This document shows, piece by piece, positions 24,616-38,147 of a stretch of 64,000 nt of DNA. Where the stretch lies: NCBI GenBank assembly GCA_013265495.1, contig MU058540.1, forward strand, positions 85,696 to 149,695. The letters are read 5' to 3'. Position numbers and translations under genes: made by a program. This DNA is from Vicugna vicugna. Its lineage: Eukaryota. Each line of letters opens with the position of its first letter. Position 1 is the stretch's first letter. The notes beneath the pieces are model-generated. The model saw only the letters and a list, made by a program, of their open reading frames with translations, had not been told where the DNA came from and did no database searches.

Positions 24616-27600
24616 TTAGTGTGGCTGTTCTGGACAAACTGCTCCCAAGACCTGCAGGGACAGTGACAAAGTCTCGTGAGGCCCCCATCCTCCCAGTGCA
24701 GGGACTCAGCAGGCAGAGCACCCAGGCACAGCCACTTACATCTTATCCCCATGACATGACCCTCCCTCTGGCCAAAGGATGGGTGAGTGATTTGCACCCA
24801 AAGATAAGGAAGGAGACATTACCTTATCACCAGACAACTGAGTCTCCACATATCCTGGAATAAAAAAGAAGGAAGAAATAGGATGCCCCAATTAGGACCC
24901 AGTGTTGTGACCATCCTGGTGGTACCAGAACTCCATCTCCACTTGCCCCCTAGAATGTTTCTGGCTTCAGAAAGGACTACCCCAGTCATCCCTGAGAAGC
25001 ACAGTCAGCCCTCCCTGCCTTGCATCTTAGACGCTAGGAAAAGTGGGCAGTGGGGGAAGCCACGGGGCAGGGGGTGGGTACTCGTCAGAGCTCATTACCT
25101 TTCCGGGCCCTGACGTGGACAGTGATCCCCATCAGAAGGAAGATGAGTCCAACCAGGAAGGCTGCAACTCCACTTAGCATCTTTCCCCAGGAATATTCAG
25201 ACTGAGCTCCTATGGGAAACAGGTCTTAAAGTTAGCCAAAAGCTCCCAATATTTGGTGTGCCTTCCTGAAATCCCAAAGCCTGTGCTGGACACCAAATCT
25301 AATGCTATCTGAAGAAGGAATGCATTTAGAAATGGAGCCAAGGCTTGTACCCATGGAATTTCTCTTACTGATCGCCCTTAAGAACACCTTCTAAGTGCCA
25401 AGACCAAAGTGTCAGAGGATATGAGTTCTCAAAGCTGGAAGCGAGTGATGACGTGATTAGACCACCTTATTTCCTGGGAGATACAAGGATAGATAACTGC
25501 CATGGTTTTGCCCACCCCAACCCAATGACCCCAGTTTGTATGACTCCCTCAGATCAGGGGCAAGAAGAACTCGTGTTGTGACCAAGAAGAACCCAGAGGC
25601 GACACAGGCCCCGTGTTGAGTCAGATTGACCCAAGTCTGGCCCAGAAAGTACAAGAAGCTGATTCTCACTCCACTCCACAGAAACAGGGCTCAGCAGGCT
25701 GGGATGGTCAACCAGGCAGGTGTAGACATCTCCAAGTTCCGGAATCATTTCCAGCATCACCGTTGTCTGAAAGGTCCAGTCCCCGTTCCTGATGAGGCCA
25801 GTGGGCATGACCCCCTCTCTCTCCTCCCGCCCATTCCGGAACCACCTGATCTTGATGTCCCCTGGATAGAAGCCTGTCACAGAGCAAAGCAGCAGACTGT
25901 GGTGCTGCAGGGATGGGGTCCTCTCCGGATACACTGTCACCTCTGGTTGCACTAGGAAGGGAGAGAAGAATAAGACATTGTGAAGGAAAAAATCACAAAG
26001 CCAACAGAGGGTTTTTATAGGTACTATCTCTGCCCCTAATCTCTTTCTCAGATGACCCAAGGGGAAACTGGAAATTTGGGGAAATCTCATCCTTGAAGAC
26101 TCAGACACTGAATATATGAGTGTCCCCAAGGAGGATTTAGGCTTTATCAGACACTCCCACGATTACCCCTTGTATTTGAGAGCACATTAGTCCCTGAGAG
26201 CTGGGGATCTGAGACCAAGACCACAGTAACCTGAGGATAATGAGTGAGTCACAACTGGGGACAGAACATATACACAGAACCCCCACCCACCTACTGATCC
26301 TAGCCCATTATCCTGAAGCAGGAAACTGCCTAGCACAGGAGGAAGAGCCATGGTCAAGTTCTCGTGGGCGAGATTATTGAACCCCAGCAGACCCCACGTT
26401 TCAGCTCACCTCTTCTCCCCACAGTGAAGGGTGCTCCCAGCTCGTAGTTCCGTCTGCAGAGCAGATCCACAGAAGCCCTGCTCCTCTCCAGGATGTCCGA
26501 CCGATTGTTCCACAGCTCAGCGTCAGGCCGCCCCAGCTCCGTCAGGGCCACAAACATTCCCACATCGCTGTCGAAACGTGCATACTCCTCCAAGTTAAAG
26601 ATGAATCTGACCACAAACTGCACCTTTTCTGTCCCATTGGTGAAGTAACAGTCAGCCTTTGCCTGAATCACAAAATCCTCTGGGAAACAAAAAGAGAGAC
26701 TATGAACCAGGCCCTACTGTTAGGAAATCAATGCCTGGTAAATTATGCCAGACCACATGGATTTGAGAGGAAAGCTTTGACTCCAGGAAATCGGCCAAAG
26801 TAGCCTCTGCTCCCATGGGCCCCACCCCAGCTCCTCTTGGCAAAGAAGCGTGAGGCCCACCCTACCAGGCCAGCCAAACAGGAGACATGTAACCCAAAGA
26901 GGCAACTCAAAGTGAGTCAAGAGACAAACGTTCCTTCAACAAGTACTCATTCATTCATTCACTCATTGGACAAATATTTATAGACTGTGTTTTGCCAGAC
27001 ACTGTGCTAAGTTCCTCCAAGCCAAGCTTTCAGAAGCTCAAGGTTTTAATTCCCATTAATAAGTCAAAATATCCATCCCCATATGCGGTAATTCTTCGGT
27101 ATTCTTGCCCTTAACAGATTTATTCTGTACTTCCTTCAAGAGTAAAGTAAAGCAGTGGTGGAGCGGGGGCAAAGACATGCAGAGGAGGTTCTTAGCAGAT
27201 GTGAAATAAACTCCCCTCCACCTTCCCCTCACTGTGGGTTTTCTCCAAGAATTTTCTTCTGGACCTTTTCCTTCCCACAATTACTCAGTGACCTCATCCC
27301 CTCTGTTGGCTCCAGTAAAGTAATGACCTCATTACCTCTATCAATATTGGGTAAAATGATATTAACATGGCTTGAAAATGTCTTTTATCATCATCATCAT
27401 CATCGGCACCATACCTGTAGTTCTAGTGGTTGCAGTAACGTGGTGATAGGAAATATAAGGTTAACTTAAACCTTCTCTGGGGGCTTTTATATTAAACACT
27501 TCCATTGAGGAGGGAATAAAAATATCCAACTTCATTCTCCATTATGATTTTCCACTTTCAAAGTACCTTACTATTGTTGACAGCGACTAATTTGAGCTCT

Positions 27601-30573
27601 GTATTAACTTTTGTGCAATGTACCTCATTTCTAATCGGCTCATGTTCTCCAAAATAATTTAATTTTCCAAAGCTATTTAATCAATCTTCATAAATAGGAA
27701 AAAGTATGATTTAGTGTACTATGGTCTGAATGTTTGTGTCCTCCCTAAAAGTCATATGTTGAAATCCCAGTGCCCAAAGGTGATGGTATTAGTCAGTGGT
27801 GTTTTGGGGAAGTGCTTAGGTCAGGAGGGTGAAGCGCTGATGAATGAGATTAGCGCTCTTATAAAAGAGGCTCTAGAGAGATCCCTAGCCCCTCCCACCA
27901 CGTGAGGACACGGAGAGAAGGCGCCTTCACCAGACCTGACCATGCTGGATGGAGCCTTCATCTGACACTTCCAGCCACCAGAGCTTTGGGGAATTTCTCT
28001 TGTCAATAAGACAGCCAGTCTTTGGCATTTGTCAGAGCAGCCCAAACACACTAAGAGACAGCTGTCTTAGATTTGAAGATCTGGAAACTTTGAAGAGCCA
28101 AACTGATAAATGGCCCTGGCTCAGGTCTCAGTTGATTCAAGTTCTAGTTCTATATCTAGTAGTTTTATGTAGAAACGGACACTTACCCTCCCTGACCTGC
28201 TTCCCCATCAATAAAGACGCAGCACCGCCGAGGTAGAGCTCAAAAGCATGGTGTTAAGTAAGAAAAGAAGCAGAATATGATTCAATGCACAATGACATTT
28301 ATTAAACTTTTAAAATACACACAGGAAAACAACACTACATCTTTTTAAAGCCATCCTCATACTTGAAGACATACCAGACACATTAGAATGGATATCTTTG
28401 GAAGAGAGGGGGTAAGAATGGAGAAAAGAGGGAGTCCTTGTTCCGATCCATGATTACAAGGTGCTGTGAACTCACTGGGAAAGACCAACGCCATTCTATG
28501 CACTTGAGAACAACAATAATAAAAGGCAATTCAAATGGGCTGATAATGCAGGTTGATCGGGAAAGATCTCCCTGAAGAAATGCCACTGAAGTTGAGACTT
28601 AAAGGCTAATTTTACTGATCTTGAGTAGTAGATTTGCTTTCATTTGTAAGTTCAGGGGAACTAGTAAGCTGAGTGTAAGGATGGCAGCAGCCTTCCTGGG
28701 TCAACCACACTCATCTCTAACGAAACAGCTAATTTCAGATGAGGCTCGAACCTCCAATTTTCTATGTCCTCTTACAATCTAAATCAGAAAAAAATTATTT
28801 TTTAGTCATAGCTATATAAGATTTAAGATCTTACTGATTTTGTGTGTGTGTGTGTGTCTTGTTTAATGAACATCAAAAGCTCAGAGAGGTTTCTGTTGTC
28901 TAAGAATAGTGATTTGCTCCCACCCACCCTCTCCACCCCTAAGTTTGTTCCTCTTTTGTGTTTAATGAGACTTTGACATTCAAAGGGGTTCTGTTTTGAG
29001 CACATTATATCCTGTTTTTTCTGCTACATATGTTTTCATAACATAACACTGCTTCGTGTTTGCATAGCTTAACTCCTCAGCTAGAAAAATAACAGCAGTA
29101 AATTACACGTATCTGGTAAACTGAGGATGGGGATAATACATTCAACTTCTCTTATTTCTCAAAATTGCTTAGTACACCCTGATCATATGATAGATGCTTA
29201 AAAATGTCACATGAAGCAACCTTTGTTTCCAAGTTCTTTTGTCCACAAGTACCCCATTTGGTTGAATACAAAAACAGTCACAATCATCAAACTCCTGGCT
29301 TAAAAGTAGCAGCTAGGAGAGGGTGTGGAGAAAGGGAACCCTCCTACACTGTTAGTGGGAAAGTAGTTTGGTGTGGCCACTATGGAAAACCGAATGGGGA
29401 GTCCTTAAAAAACTAAAAACAGACTCACTATATGATCCAGCAATCCCAATCCTGGGCATATATCCGGAGAAAACTAATTTGAAAAGATACATGCATCCCA
29501 ATGTTCAGAGCAGCACTATTTACAATAGCCAAGACATGGAAGCAACCTAAATGTCCATCAACAGATGATTGGATAAAGAAGTTATGGTATGTACATACAC
29601 CGTGAAACAATACTCAGCCATAAAAAAGAATGAAATAATGCCATTTGCAGCCACATGGATGATCCTAGAGATTGTCATAGTAAGTGAAGTAAGTCGGACA
29701 GAGAAAGACAAATTTCATATGATATAACTTATATGTGGAACCTAAAACAATGACACAGATGAACTTATTTACAGAACAGAAACTGACTTACAGACATAGA
29801 AAAACTTATAATTACCAAAGGGGAAAGGGAAAGGAGAGATAAACTGGGACTTTGGGATTTGCAAATACAAAACTACTATATATAAAATAGATAAACATCA
29901 AGGTCCTACTGTATGGCACAGGGAACTGTATTCAATATCTTGTAATAACCTATGATGAAAAAGAATCTATATAATATGTATAACTGAATCACTATGCTGT
30001 ACACCAGAAACTAACACAATATTATACATCAACTCTGCTTCAATTAAAAAAGAAGAATAGCAGCAATTCTCAGACTGCCTCCATCCTTGCAGTTCCCCAT
30101 AGCGACACTGATACAGAAAGGGCCCTGAGCAAGGTGATATGTTTCCCTTTTTCTTGCCTCCCTGCTCCTTGCATCCATGGTTATGAGACAGGAAGTGTCT
30201 TTACCCACAATACATTGTGTGTGGTAAAGAGGAAAAGAACATTTTTTTCTTTTTTTTTTAATTGAAGTATATAGCCAGTTACAATGTATCAGTTTCTGGT
30301 GTACAGCTACTGTCCCAGTCATACAAATATATACATAAGAATACCTTTCTGTCAAAGGTAAGAGTACTTTCTTTCAAGCCAGAAGCCACTGTCTGGACTG
30401 TAGCCTGGACCTATAGGAAAAGGCATACTTCCCCCACCCTAATTATTGCATATACGGCTGAAAAAAATCACTGTGCTCTTACCTGGAGAATCTCTGCCTT
30501 GAATCATGGAGGAATCCGGCCAGATTACATTCACTGACAAAGCCACCACCCAGGGAACCCATCTAGAACTCAT
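24616..30573 (-). CDS. DOB: MHC class II DO beta chain, 273 aa, 6 exons, intact
   Basis: Exons 30573-30483 ([15 protein letters not shown]...QGRDSP), 26679-26410 ([32 protein letters not shown]), 25951-25670, 25209-25099, 24854-24823 and 24651-24616 ([11 protein letters not shown]). All GT-AG, 822 nt. Confidence 0.96.
27714..28060 (+). mobile_element. MaLR solo LTR (MLT1A/MST-like) in DOB intron 1
   Basis: tgtactatggtctgaatgtttgtgtcctcccta...atgagattagcgctcttataaaagagg...cagcccaaacacactaagagaca. Confidence 0.8.
29315..30055 (+). mobile_element. LINE-1 3' end in DOB intron 1
   Basis: ORF2 C-terminal motifs ([14 protein letters not shown]; ggataaagaagttatggtat; gccatttgcagccacatggatg) and A-tail. 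Confidence 0.9.
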
Positions 30574-30693
30574 TCTGGAAGAAACAAACAATGAGACAGA
30601 AAAATCGTCAACCTCTTCAAAATGGGGCTTGCCTACACCCAACTCAGTCAAAAATATTCATTATGCACAGAGATACCCTTCTGGTGTCCCCAG

Positions 30694-30758
30694 GATTGGA
30701 AGCTCCTCACACTGATAACCAATTAAGATAGAGGAGCTCTGTGTCATTAGGTGCTGGG
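30694..30758 (-). promoter_or_regulatory. DOB promoter: X box, Y box and CCAAT
   Basis: Minus strand CCCAGCACCTAATG (30758-30745), TTAATTGGTT (30726-30717) and CCAATC (~30699-30694). Confidence 0.75.
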
Positions 30759-33279
30759 CAGAACACTTTCATAAAGTTGTGTTACACCACTCAGAAATCG
30801 TTTACCTGCAGAATCACTGACAGCAGCTTAGGCAAATGGAAACTAGGCTGGGGAAAAAAAGAAAAAACAGCCCTAGAAGGTATGTGGTCTTAGAAGAACT
30901 AGGCAGATCGTGTATCACACATCCTGCTGTCCTCACTGAACACTGTCCCTGGTCTCTTCTGACCAGTAGGTCTCCCTTCCTATGTGGGGTTGACATTGCC
31001 AACAGAGGGAGTGTAAGCAAAGAACACAGACAGCGTTCGGAAGCACGGGCCTTAAGAGGAATTAGTGACGGGATTATCACCAGAAATTCGAGATTGAGAA
31101 TTACCTCGAGAGGAGGATTTCCTGTAAACCAAGAGAAGGGGGAGAAAATCATAGAGGGAGGATTCTCAAAAAAATAAAATGCTGCAAAAAATGTTCAAAA
31201 GGGTAAGATAGAAGAAAGTGTTACTGTGTTTTATAATTAGTGAGGCACCAATAACCTTCAATGGAACTTAGAGTGTTAAAGGTAGAAGCTGTATTTCAGA
31301 AGAGTAAAGAGTGAATTGAAATGAAAAAAAGAAGGCAGCAGGTGTAAGCAGGCTTTCAGGAATCTGGGCAGTGAAAACAGGAGAAAAGAAGAGGCTCTCC
31401 CTTGAGAGAAAAACAACATTAAGGGGAAACTGCATTTAAGCTGGGAAAGACCTTCACAAGCTTCTGAGTCAAGTGAAAGACTTAGGAGAAGTTGAAGATA
31501 AAAAGGAGAAGAAAGGAGAAATTGCCCCCAGAATGATTACTGGAATCCAAAAAAATGAAAAAGATTGTCAGGCATGGCAATGAAAAGAGAAACCCTTTTT
31601 CAGATACGAGAGTGAAGTCAGGAAGGTTTGGGGTGAGAAAGAGGGAAATGAGGAAGTTCAAGTTGTGTGGCTTCAACAAACTCAGTTTAGAACAAGACAA
31701 GATCTTCTGCTAAAAAGGAAATGGAAAAATATGTATTTTGGTAACTGAGGCGAGCAAGACCAAAGTGGTCTGTACATACATTCTGATTTATTTAGTGTAG
31801 TGCTCCATGGCCAATATCACGGATTGTGCAAGATGAAACAGACATGGTTCTCATCCTCAAGAAATGTAAAACCTGGGTGAAGTGACAGGGAAACAATCCA
31901 CTGTAATGTCAGGAAGGATAAAATCAACTTTGTAATGCTTGGGCACACAAGAAGAGAAAATTCTAACAGTCTATAGAGAGTTCATGATGAAGTTGATAAA
32001 GTTGATAGTTGATACAAGTGGCCAACAGAGAAATTCATAATTCAGAATATCCAGTGCGTGTGAACAACAGAGAAGAGATAAACTTTGAGACCAAAAGTTT
32101 ATCTGGAATTCCTTTAAAATTACTGATTAGCCACACCATAAATATATATAGACACGCTACTTCATTGAGTGGGAGAAGGGTACAATAGAATTTTTTTTTC
32201 TTCTTCACTTCCCTAAGGGAACACAGGCTTTAATGGGTATGTAAGGTGGGATTATGATGGCAGTTGACCGGGAGAGGCAGAATTATTTGAGTTATGCATT
32301 ACCAAATATGCTGAAATGCCCTCAGGGCAGCTCTACTCATAAATGTAATAGCAAATTGTAAATCAAAGGCTCAATCTATTATTAGCTGGTCAAATCCCTG
32401 ATACTCCAGTAGAGAGTTTATGGTGAGTTGCTATGAAGCCTGAGACCCCAAGCAAGGTAAGAACGAGCCAGAGGGCATTCTTACAACTAAGTCCCTAGGC
32501 TGTGCTATTTCCATTGCACTACATTCCTTATTCAGGAACCCAGAAAAACTTTACTTCTACACTGTTAACATCCCTGTAATGATAAGATGCACAAAACATC
32601 AAAATAGCTAAAGAATTTTACTATAACTTTGGTGCCAGGACAGACCTCCATCCCTGTCTCTTAAAAAGAAATTAGTGGTCTCATATGTCACAAGCAAGGA
32701 ATGGCATACAGACTACCTGTAGGAAGAGACAGCAGGATAAACCAAGAAGGGAAATAAATAACCCACAACCTGTGAATCTCCCTTGTCAATGGCCTCTGAT
32801 ACATCGTAAATAAATTGAAGCATCTGATTGGTCCAGTTAGAAGCTTTGCTGAGTCATTTTCTGGGCTTAGTGCCAATGTCTGTGGTGGAAGGATCTGGGC
32901 TTCTCGGGCTTGTCAGAGAAACTACACATTTCTGGGGAGACAACTAATAAAGGGAGAGGTTGTGCCCTGGTTCCTTTCTCCCACGTTTTTGTTTCTGTGT
33001 TCTACTTGTATGCATTTCAAAAAATAAGGTGGGGCATTTGAATTTTTCTCTTCCTGTCTGACTTCAACCAAGAGCCCACCTAATATAGATACAGGCTTTT
33101 CTGTGATTTTTTTCCCTCAAAACTCATATTTTGTATCCCTCTTCCTCTTTCCCTCCCCATTCTCAAGGGAGTAAGAGGCGTTGGATGTGGTGTACGTGGT
33201 CTTTTATTGACGGTGTTAAAAAAAATCATTCCCCAATTTACCTGACAATTAAAATAGCTCTTCAATTGCTATTTTGGTG

Positions 33280-35110
33280 ACTTTATTATTTTTTATTGAA
33301 ATATAATAACCTACAACACTATGTTAGTTTCAAGTATACAACATAATGATTCAATATTTCTGTACATACAAATAAATCACCGTGGTAAGTCATTACCATC
33401 TGTCTCCACACAAAATTATTACATTATTATCGACTATATTCCCCACACTGTACATTTCATTCCTGTGACTCATTTATTTTGTAACTGGAGATTTGTACCT
33501 CTGAATCTCCCTCATCTACTTCATTCATTCCCCCCACCCCCATCCCCTTTGGCAACCACCTGTTTGTTCTTTGTATCTATGAGTCTTTCTGCTTTGTGAC
33601 TGCTTGCTCATTTGTTTTTTAGATTCCACATATATGTGAAATCATACAGTGTTGTCTTTCTCTATCTTATTTCTCTTGGCATGATACCCACTAGGTCCAT
33701 CCATGTTGTCGCTAATGGTACGATTTTATTTCTTTTTTATAGTTGAGTATTATTCCATTGTGTATATACATACACCACATCTTCTTTATCCATTCACCTA
33801 TCAGTAGATACTTATGTTGTTTCCATATTTGGCTACTGTAAACACTGCAATAAACATAGGGGTCCATATAGCTTTTCAATTTTTGTTTTCTTTGGAAAAA
33901 TACCCAAAAGTGAAATTGCTGGATCATATAATATTCTATGTTTAAATTTTTGAGGGATCTTCATATTGTTTCCCATGGTGGCTGCACTAACTTACATCCC
34001 CACCACCAGGGCATGAGGGTTTCCCTTTCTCCACATCCTCGCCTTCACTTGTTATTTGTTGTCTTTTTGCTTTTTGCTCTTCTTTTTCAAGATTGTTCTG
34101 GCTATTTGGAGTCCTGTGTTTCCATACAAATCTGTTTTAGCCATTTAATTAGGGTTGGAATTATCTTTCATCTTCTTTAAAAATTTTACTACATTCCCTT
34201 AAATATCTGGACCTGGAGCTATTCTGGGGGTAACTCTTTGATAAATTTCTCTATTTCTCCTTTGTAAATAATTCTGTGTAGATATTCTAACTCTATATGG
34301 GTTGTTCTGTGTATGTTATATTTTTCAAGAGACTTATTCTATTAATCCAAATTTTCAAGTTTTTTTCATAAACTTGAACAAAGCAGACTCTTCTGACTTT
34401 TCCTCTGTTCCTATATTAGTTTGTCTTTGTCAGTTTTTATTTTATTTGCAACTTTTCTATTTTTTTGATAAGGTTTGCCAGTAGTTTGTTTTCCTAAAAA
34501 ATTTTGAAGGTTCTGAATTTATGCATTCTACTGTTTTTCAGTTTTCTAACTCTTTAATTTCTACTTTTATCCTACTTTCTACTCCTGCTTTCATTTGCTT
34601 AATTTTGTTTCCTTTTCACTTAATTCACTTGGTTTCATTCTTTCCTTTCATTGATATAAGTAATTAAGATGTTGAATTCTCCTCTGAACACTGCTTTAGT
34701 TATATGCCAATTATCTCGTATATGTGTATAAAATGTCTATACAAGATTGCTTATAATAGCAAAAGACTTCCAATCACCTAACTACCCGTCAATAAAAGGA
34801 GACAAGCTAAATGAAATATGGTACTTCTGTAAAACAGAATACACTATGACCATATATTTCTAAAGTTTAAAAGGTAAAGTTCAGAACAGGGAACTTAGGG
34901 AGCTGCTATTTGTGAAAATAGGGAGTGAGAATATATACCTATACATACGCTTAAGCATATATATAAGTTTCTCTGGAAGGATAAAGATAACGCAAGGGCT
35001 ATTGACAAACCATGGGGAAGGGCGGGAGTGAGGCTTTCCTCTGTATACCATTTTGTGCCTTTTGAATTTTAAACCACATTAACATATTGCCTATCCACAT
35101 GAATTCTATC
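33280..35110. mobile_element. Cluster of LINE-1 fragments
   Basis: Antisense L1 3' end at 33280-34070 (minus-strand ORF ...GEWIKKMWCMYI), plus older T-rich and A-rich L1 pieces. Confidence 0.75.
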
Positions 35111-35199
35111 TTTAAAAAAGAGAACAGTGCAAGGGTAAGTGGATACAGGGAATATAGGGGACTCTTTTGAGAAGATTTGTTGTAAAGTTGGGCCAAGTC

Positions 35200-35385
35200 C
35201 ACCTGTACCTAGCTCTGAGACCCAGGCAAGTTAGTGTTTCTAATCTCCGTTTTCTCATTCTTAGAACTGGGATAGTAATACTCATTACACTGGATTATCT
35301 TAAGGATAAAGTAAGACAATATCTGGCCGGCACTTAGCACAGCAGTAGCACACAGGCAGCACTCAATGAATGATCATTGCTGATA
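35200..35385. mobile_element. MIR SINE
   Basis: MIR core: gacccaggcaagttag...ctccgttttctcatt...gggatagtaatac...cacttagcacag. Confidence 0.65.
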
Positions 35386-35434
35386 CTGAATTATTACAAC
35401 TCATAAACGTTCTTATTCTCAGCATTTCTTAGGA

Positions 35435-35448
35435 CCAGCAGATGGCAT
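35435..35448 (+). promoter_or_regulatory. CTCF consensus site between DOB and TAP2
   Basis: CCAGCAGATGGCAT matches CCASYAGRKGGCR. Confidence 0.6.
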
Positions 35449-36422
35449 CAGACTCAAGTAAATGGATGCTCCTTTCACTGAGCACCCAAAAGAGGGAATC
35501 TTCCTAATTCCCCAGTCCTTTTCCTCCTAAATTCTGACACTTCCACATTTCCTCCTCTTGAGTCCCGACTGCCGCGCGGACTGCATGTGGCTGGCCCACG
35601 CGGCTGGGGCATAAAGGACTTGAAGTTCAATGCCGTTCCCACACTGGGCAGGGCAGACGGGGTGGGAGTCTGTTTGTGGCTCCAAAGTAATCTATGAGTT
35701 TCCTAAGGTTCTTCCTCTCCATTCATATCTCCTTTGGAAAGAGTAGCACAGGACTGAGTGGGAAAGACACTGAAGGTAAGTGACAAGGAGAGGGGGAAAT
35801 TAATGGGCAGAAGACAAATGGCGGTGGGCAGCAGGAGAGGAGAGTGAAAAGAACTAGGACTCTGGACCAACCAGAGTCACTCATCTGTGGTTACAGGGCA
35901 GACCACACCTGTGGGATTTGTAGATGACTCTAACTGTCAGGGAACATTTTTCTGCATTCCTGAAATAAGGCTTACCCAGGAGTTCCCATGATACAACAAA
36001 CTTTGATGGCCTCTTAAAATCCTAAGGTCTGCGCATCTCCCTACACTGCCCATCGCAGCTGTCACTGATTAGCTGTGTGATTTCAGGCCACTTTCCCTCT
36101 CTGTAAAATAAGACTTGCTAGCTACACTATGTTTAAGATATCTTCAAAGTTTAGAGTATTATGAGTCTATGGGTATCATTGTACTGAGGCTATCGTAGAA
36201 TTTTAACAGGTCTTCTCCCATGAGGACTATAGTTTCCGTAAAGTTGGGAGACACAGAGATTATTATTCCTAATTTACAAGTAAAGGAGGGACATTTGGTG
36301 GGGAGGGGAAGGAGTCAGGCCAGGCTTCTCCCTCTTTCAATGCATTTCACCCTCAGTGAAATTTGAGAGATAAACAGGTGTGGAGCCATAGGGCAGCAGC
36401 AGGATGAATGAGGCAAAGATTT

Positions 36423-36579
36423 ATTTGCATAGGAAACTCCCTCTTCTGGCCTCACCCTGCTCCCAACAGTTGCCAGGCAGAAAAAAAAAAAAAAATCCAA
36501 CAAAAGTCCTGGCTAGTTCATTGCCAGCCTGGAAAGTACCTGCTACTTCCAGGAAAGAGAAAGTTTCAGTTTCCTAGAA
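36423..36579. promoter_or_regulatory. Candidate enhancer: octamer plus GAS-ISRE-GAS cluster
   Basis: ATTTGCAT 36423-36430; TTCCAGGAA 36547-36555; AGTTTCAGTTTCCT 36562-36575; TTCCTAGAA 36571-36579. Confidence 0.5.
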
Positions 36580-37429
36580 TAGGAAACTTCAAATGTAAAA
36601 CCCTTCCAGCAACCAGTAATATGTACAGCTTCGGATTTTCAGTGAATTACATGTGTAGGGAGCATTGAGAATGAGGACTGCGGAGGAAGGAGATTTATTC
36701 GTTTATTCAACAAATATGTATTTATTGTCCATTATGAATCGAGTCCTGTACCAGGTGTAGATATAAAGCTTAATGAGATACATGGCCTCCCCCTCAGTCC
36801 CGGAGCTCCCGGCCTGGTGGAAGGACCGAGGTCCACGGTGGCAGGTGGAGAGAGGAGCAAGAACAAGGAGTGTGAAAGAGGGAAATCCCAGGAGCAGAGC
36901 GACTGGAGCAAATGGAAAGGGCTCTTTTTCCAGACTGAGAAGACAAGGGAAGGCTTCCTGGAAGACCTACATCCTGAGGTGAATCTTAAAGAACCGGGGT
37001 AAATCCAAGAGTGTGGTTCAGGGAGTCCCAGGAAACACGACATGCAGAGGACAAAGGCCTCAGCAGGGCAGGAGGTCTGCTGTGGATGGAGCTTAATCCA
37101 GCAAGAAATGGGAAGACAAATGGGCTAGAAAACGTGTCTCTGAGGAAGATCTGAGCAGAAAGGGGTGAAGACGCTGGAAGGATTTTACAGAAGTGACATC
37201 ATCCAATGTGTCTTCCAGAAAGAAGAACGACTTTGTGAAGACTGGCTGGAACAGGGGAACCAAGAATCAGGAAACCCCTTTGGAGATGAGATCATCAAAG
37301 GCTCCAAATGAAAGTGATAACACTGGGCCTCGGGAGAAGGTAATGGATTCAGAGCTATTCAGAGCTTCAGGTAAAAGAGCTTTATTTGACCTGATTACAA
37401 GGTAGATCATGACACAAGATGCAATATAA

Positions 37430-37670
37430 TTTATGGGTCAAGGGTGTGGACTCTGGGGTCAGCACTGAATTCAGATTCCAATTCCACCACTGTGTAACCT
37501 TGGGAGAGTTATTTCATCTCTTTGAGACTCAAGGTCTCTCATCCATAAAATGGGGATAATAACAACCAACCTCAAAGGGCTGACGAAAAGGATTAAATGA
37601 GAATACGAGAAAAACGCTTAGCGTAGCTCCTGCTCATATTAAAACTCTGTAAGTAGTAGCTATTATCAAT
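37430..37670. mobile_element. MIR SINE
   Basis: gactctggggtcag...ttcagattcca...tgtaaccttgggagagttattt...catccataaaatggggataataaca...aggattaaatgag. Confidence 0.75.
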
Positions 37671-38147
37671 GTTTTATTAATACTGTTAATTAGGGAACTG
37701 TGCTCTGCCCCTCCACACCTTAGCTCCCCCCAAAATATCAGACCCTGATGCGAATGGGGAAAGATACAGAAAGGCAACTTCATGAATATTTATGTCATAC
37801 TGGTTAATATGTATCTCAAACAACAATTAAAAGTCTGATAAGACAGACAGCAAAATAGTAACCATGGTTTTCTCTGGGAAATGAAACAGTGGGCAGTTTT
37901 ACTTTTCTCCTTCCTACTTTCCTGTATTGTCTTCATTGTCTACATAAATGTGTGCTATCTGTATAATAAGGAAAAATATGTAAAATATGTTTATTACGCC
38001 ACAGTACACTACTCAGCACCAGGCAAAACTGTTCATCAAGGAAACAAGGTTCCTGGCAAAAGTACCCGTGGTCTAAATCTCCATCATGACCCCAGCTCCA
38101 AAAACAGCTCCCCAGGGGAGCTCCCCGAGGGAAACTCAAAGCAGGAG

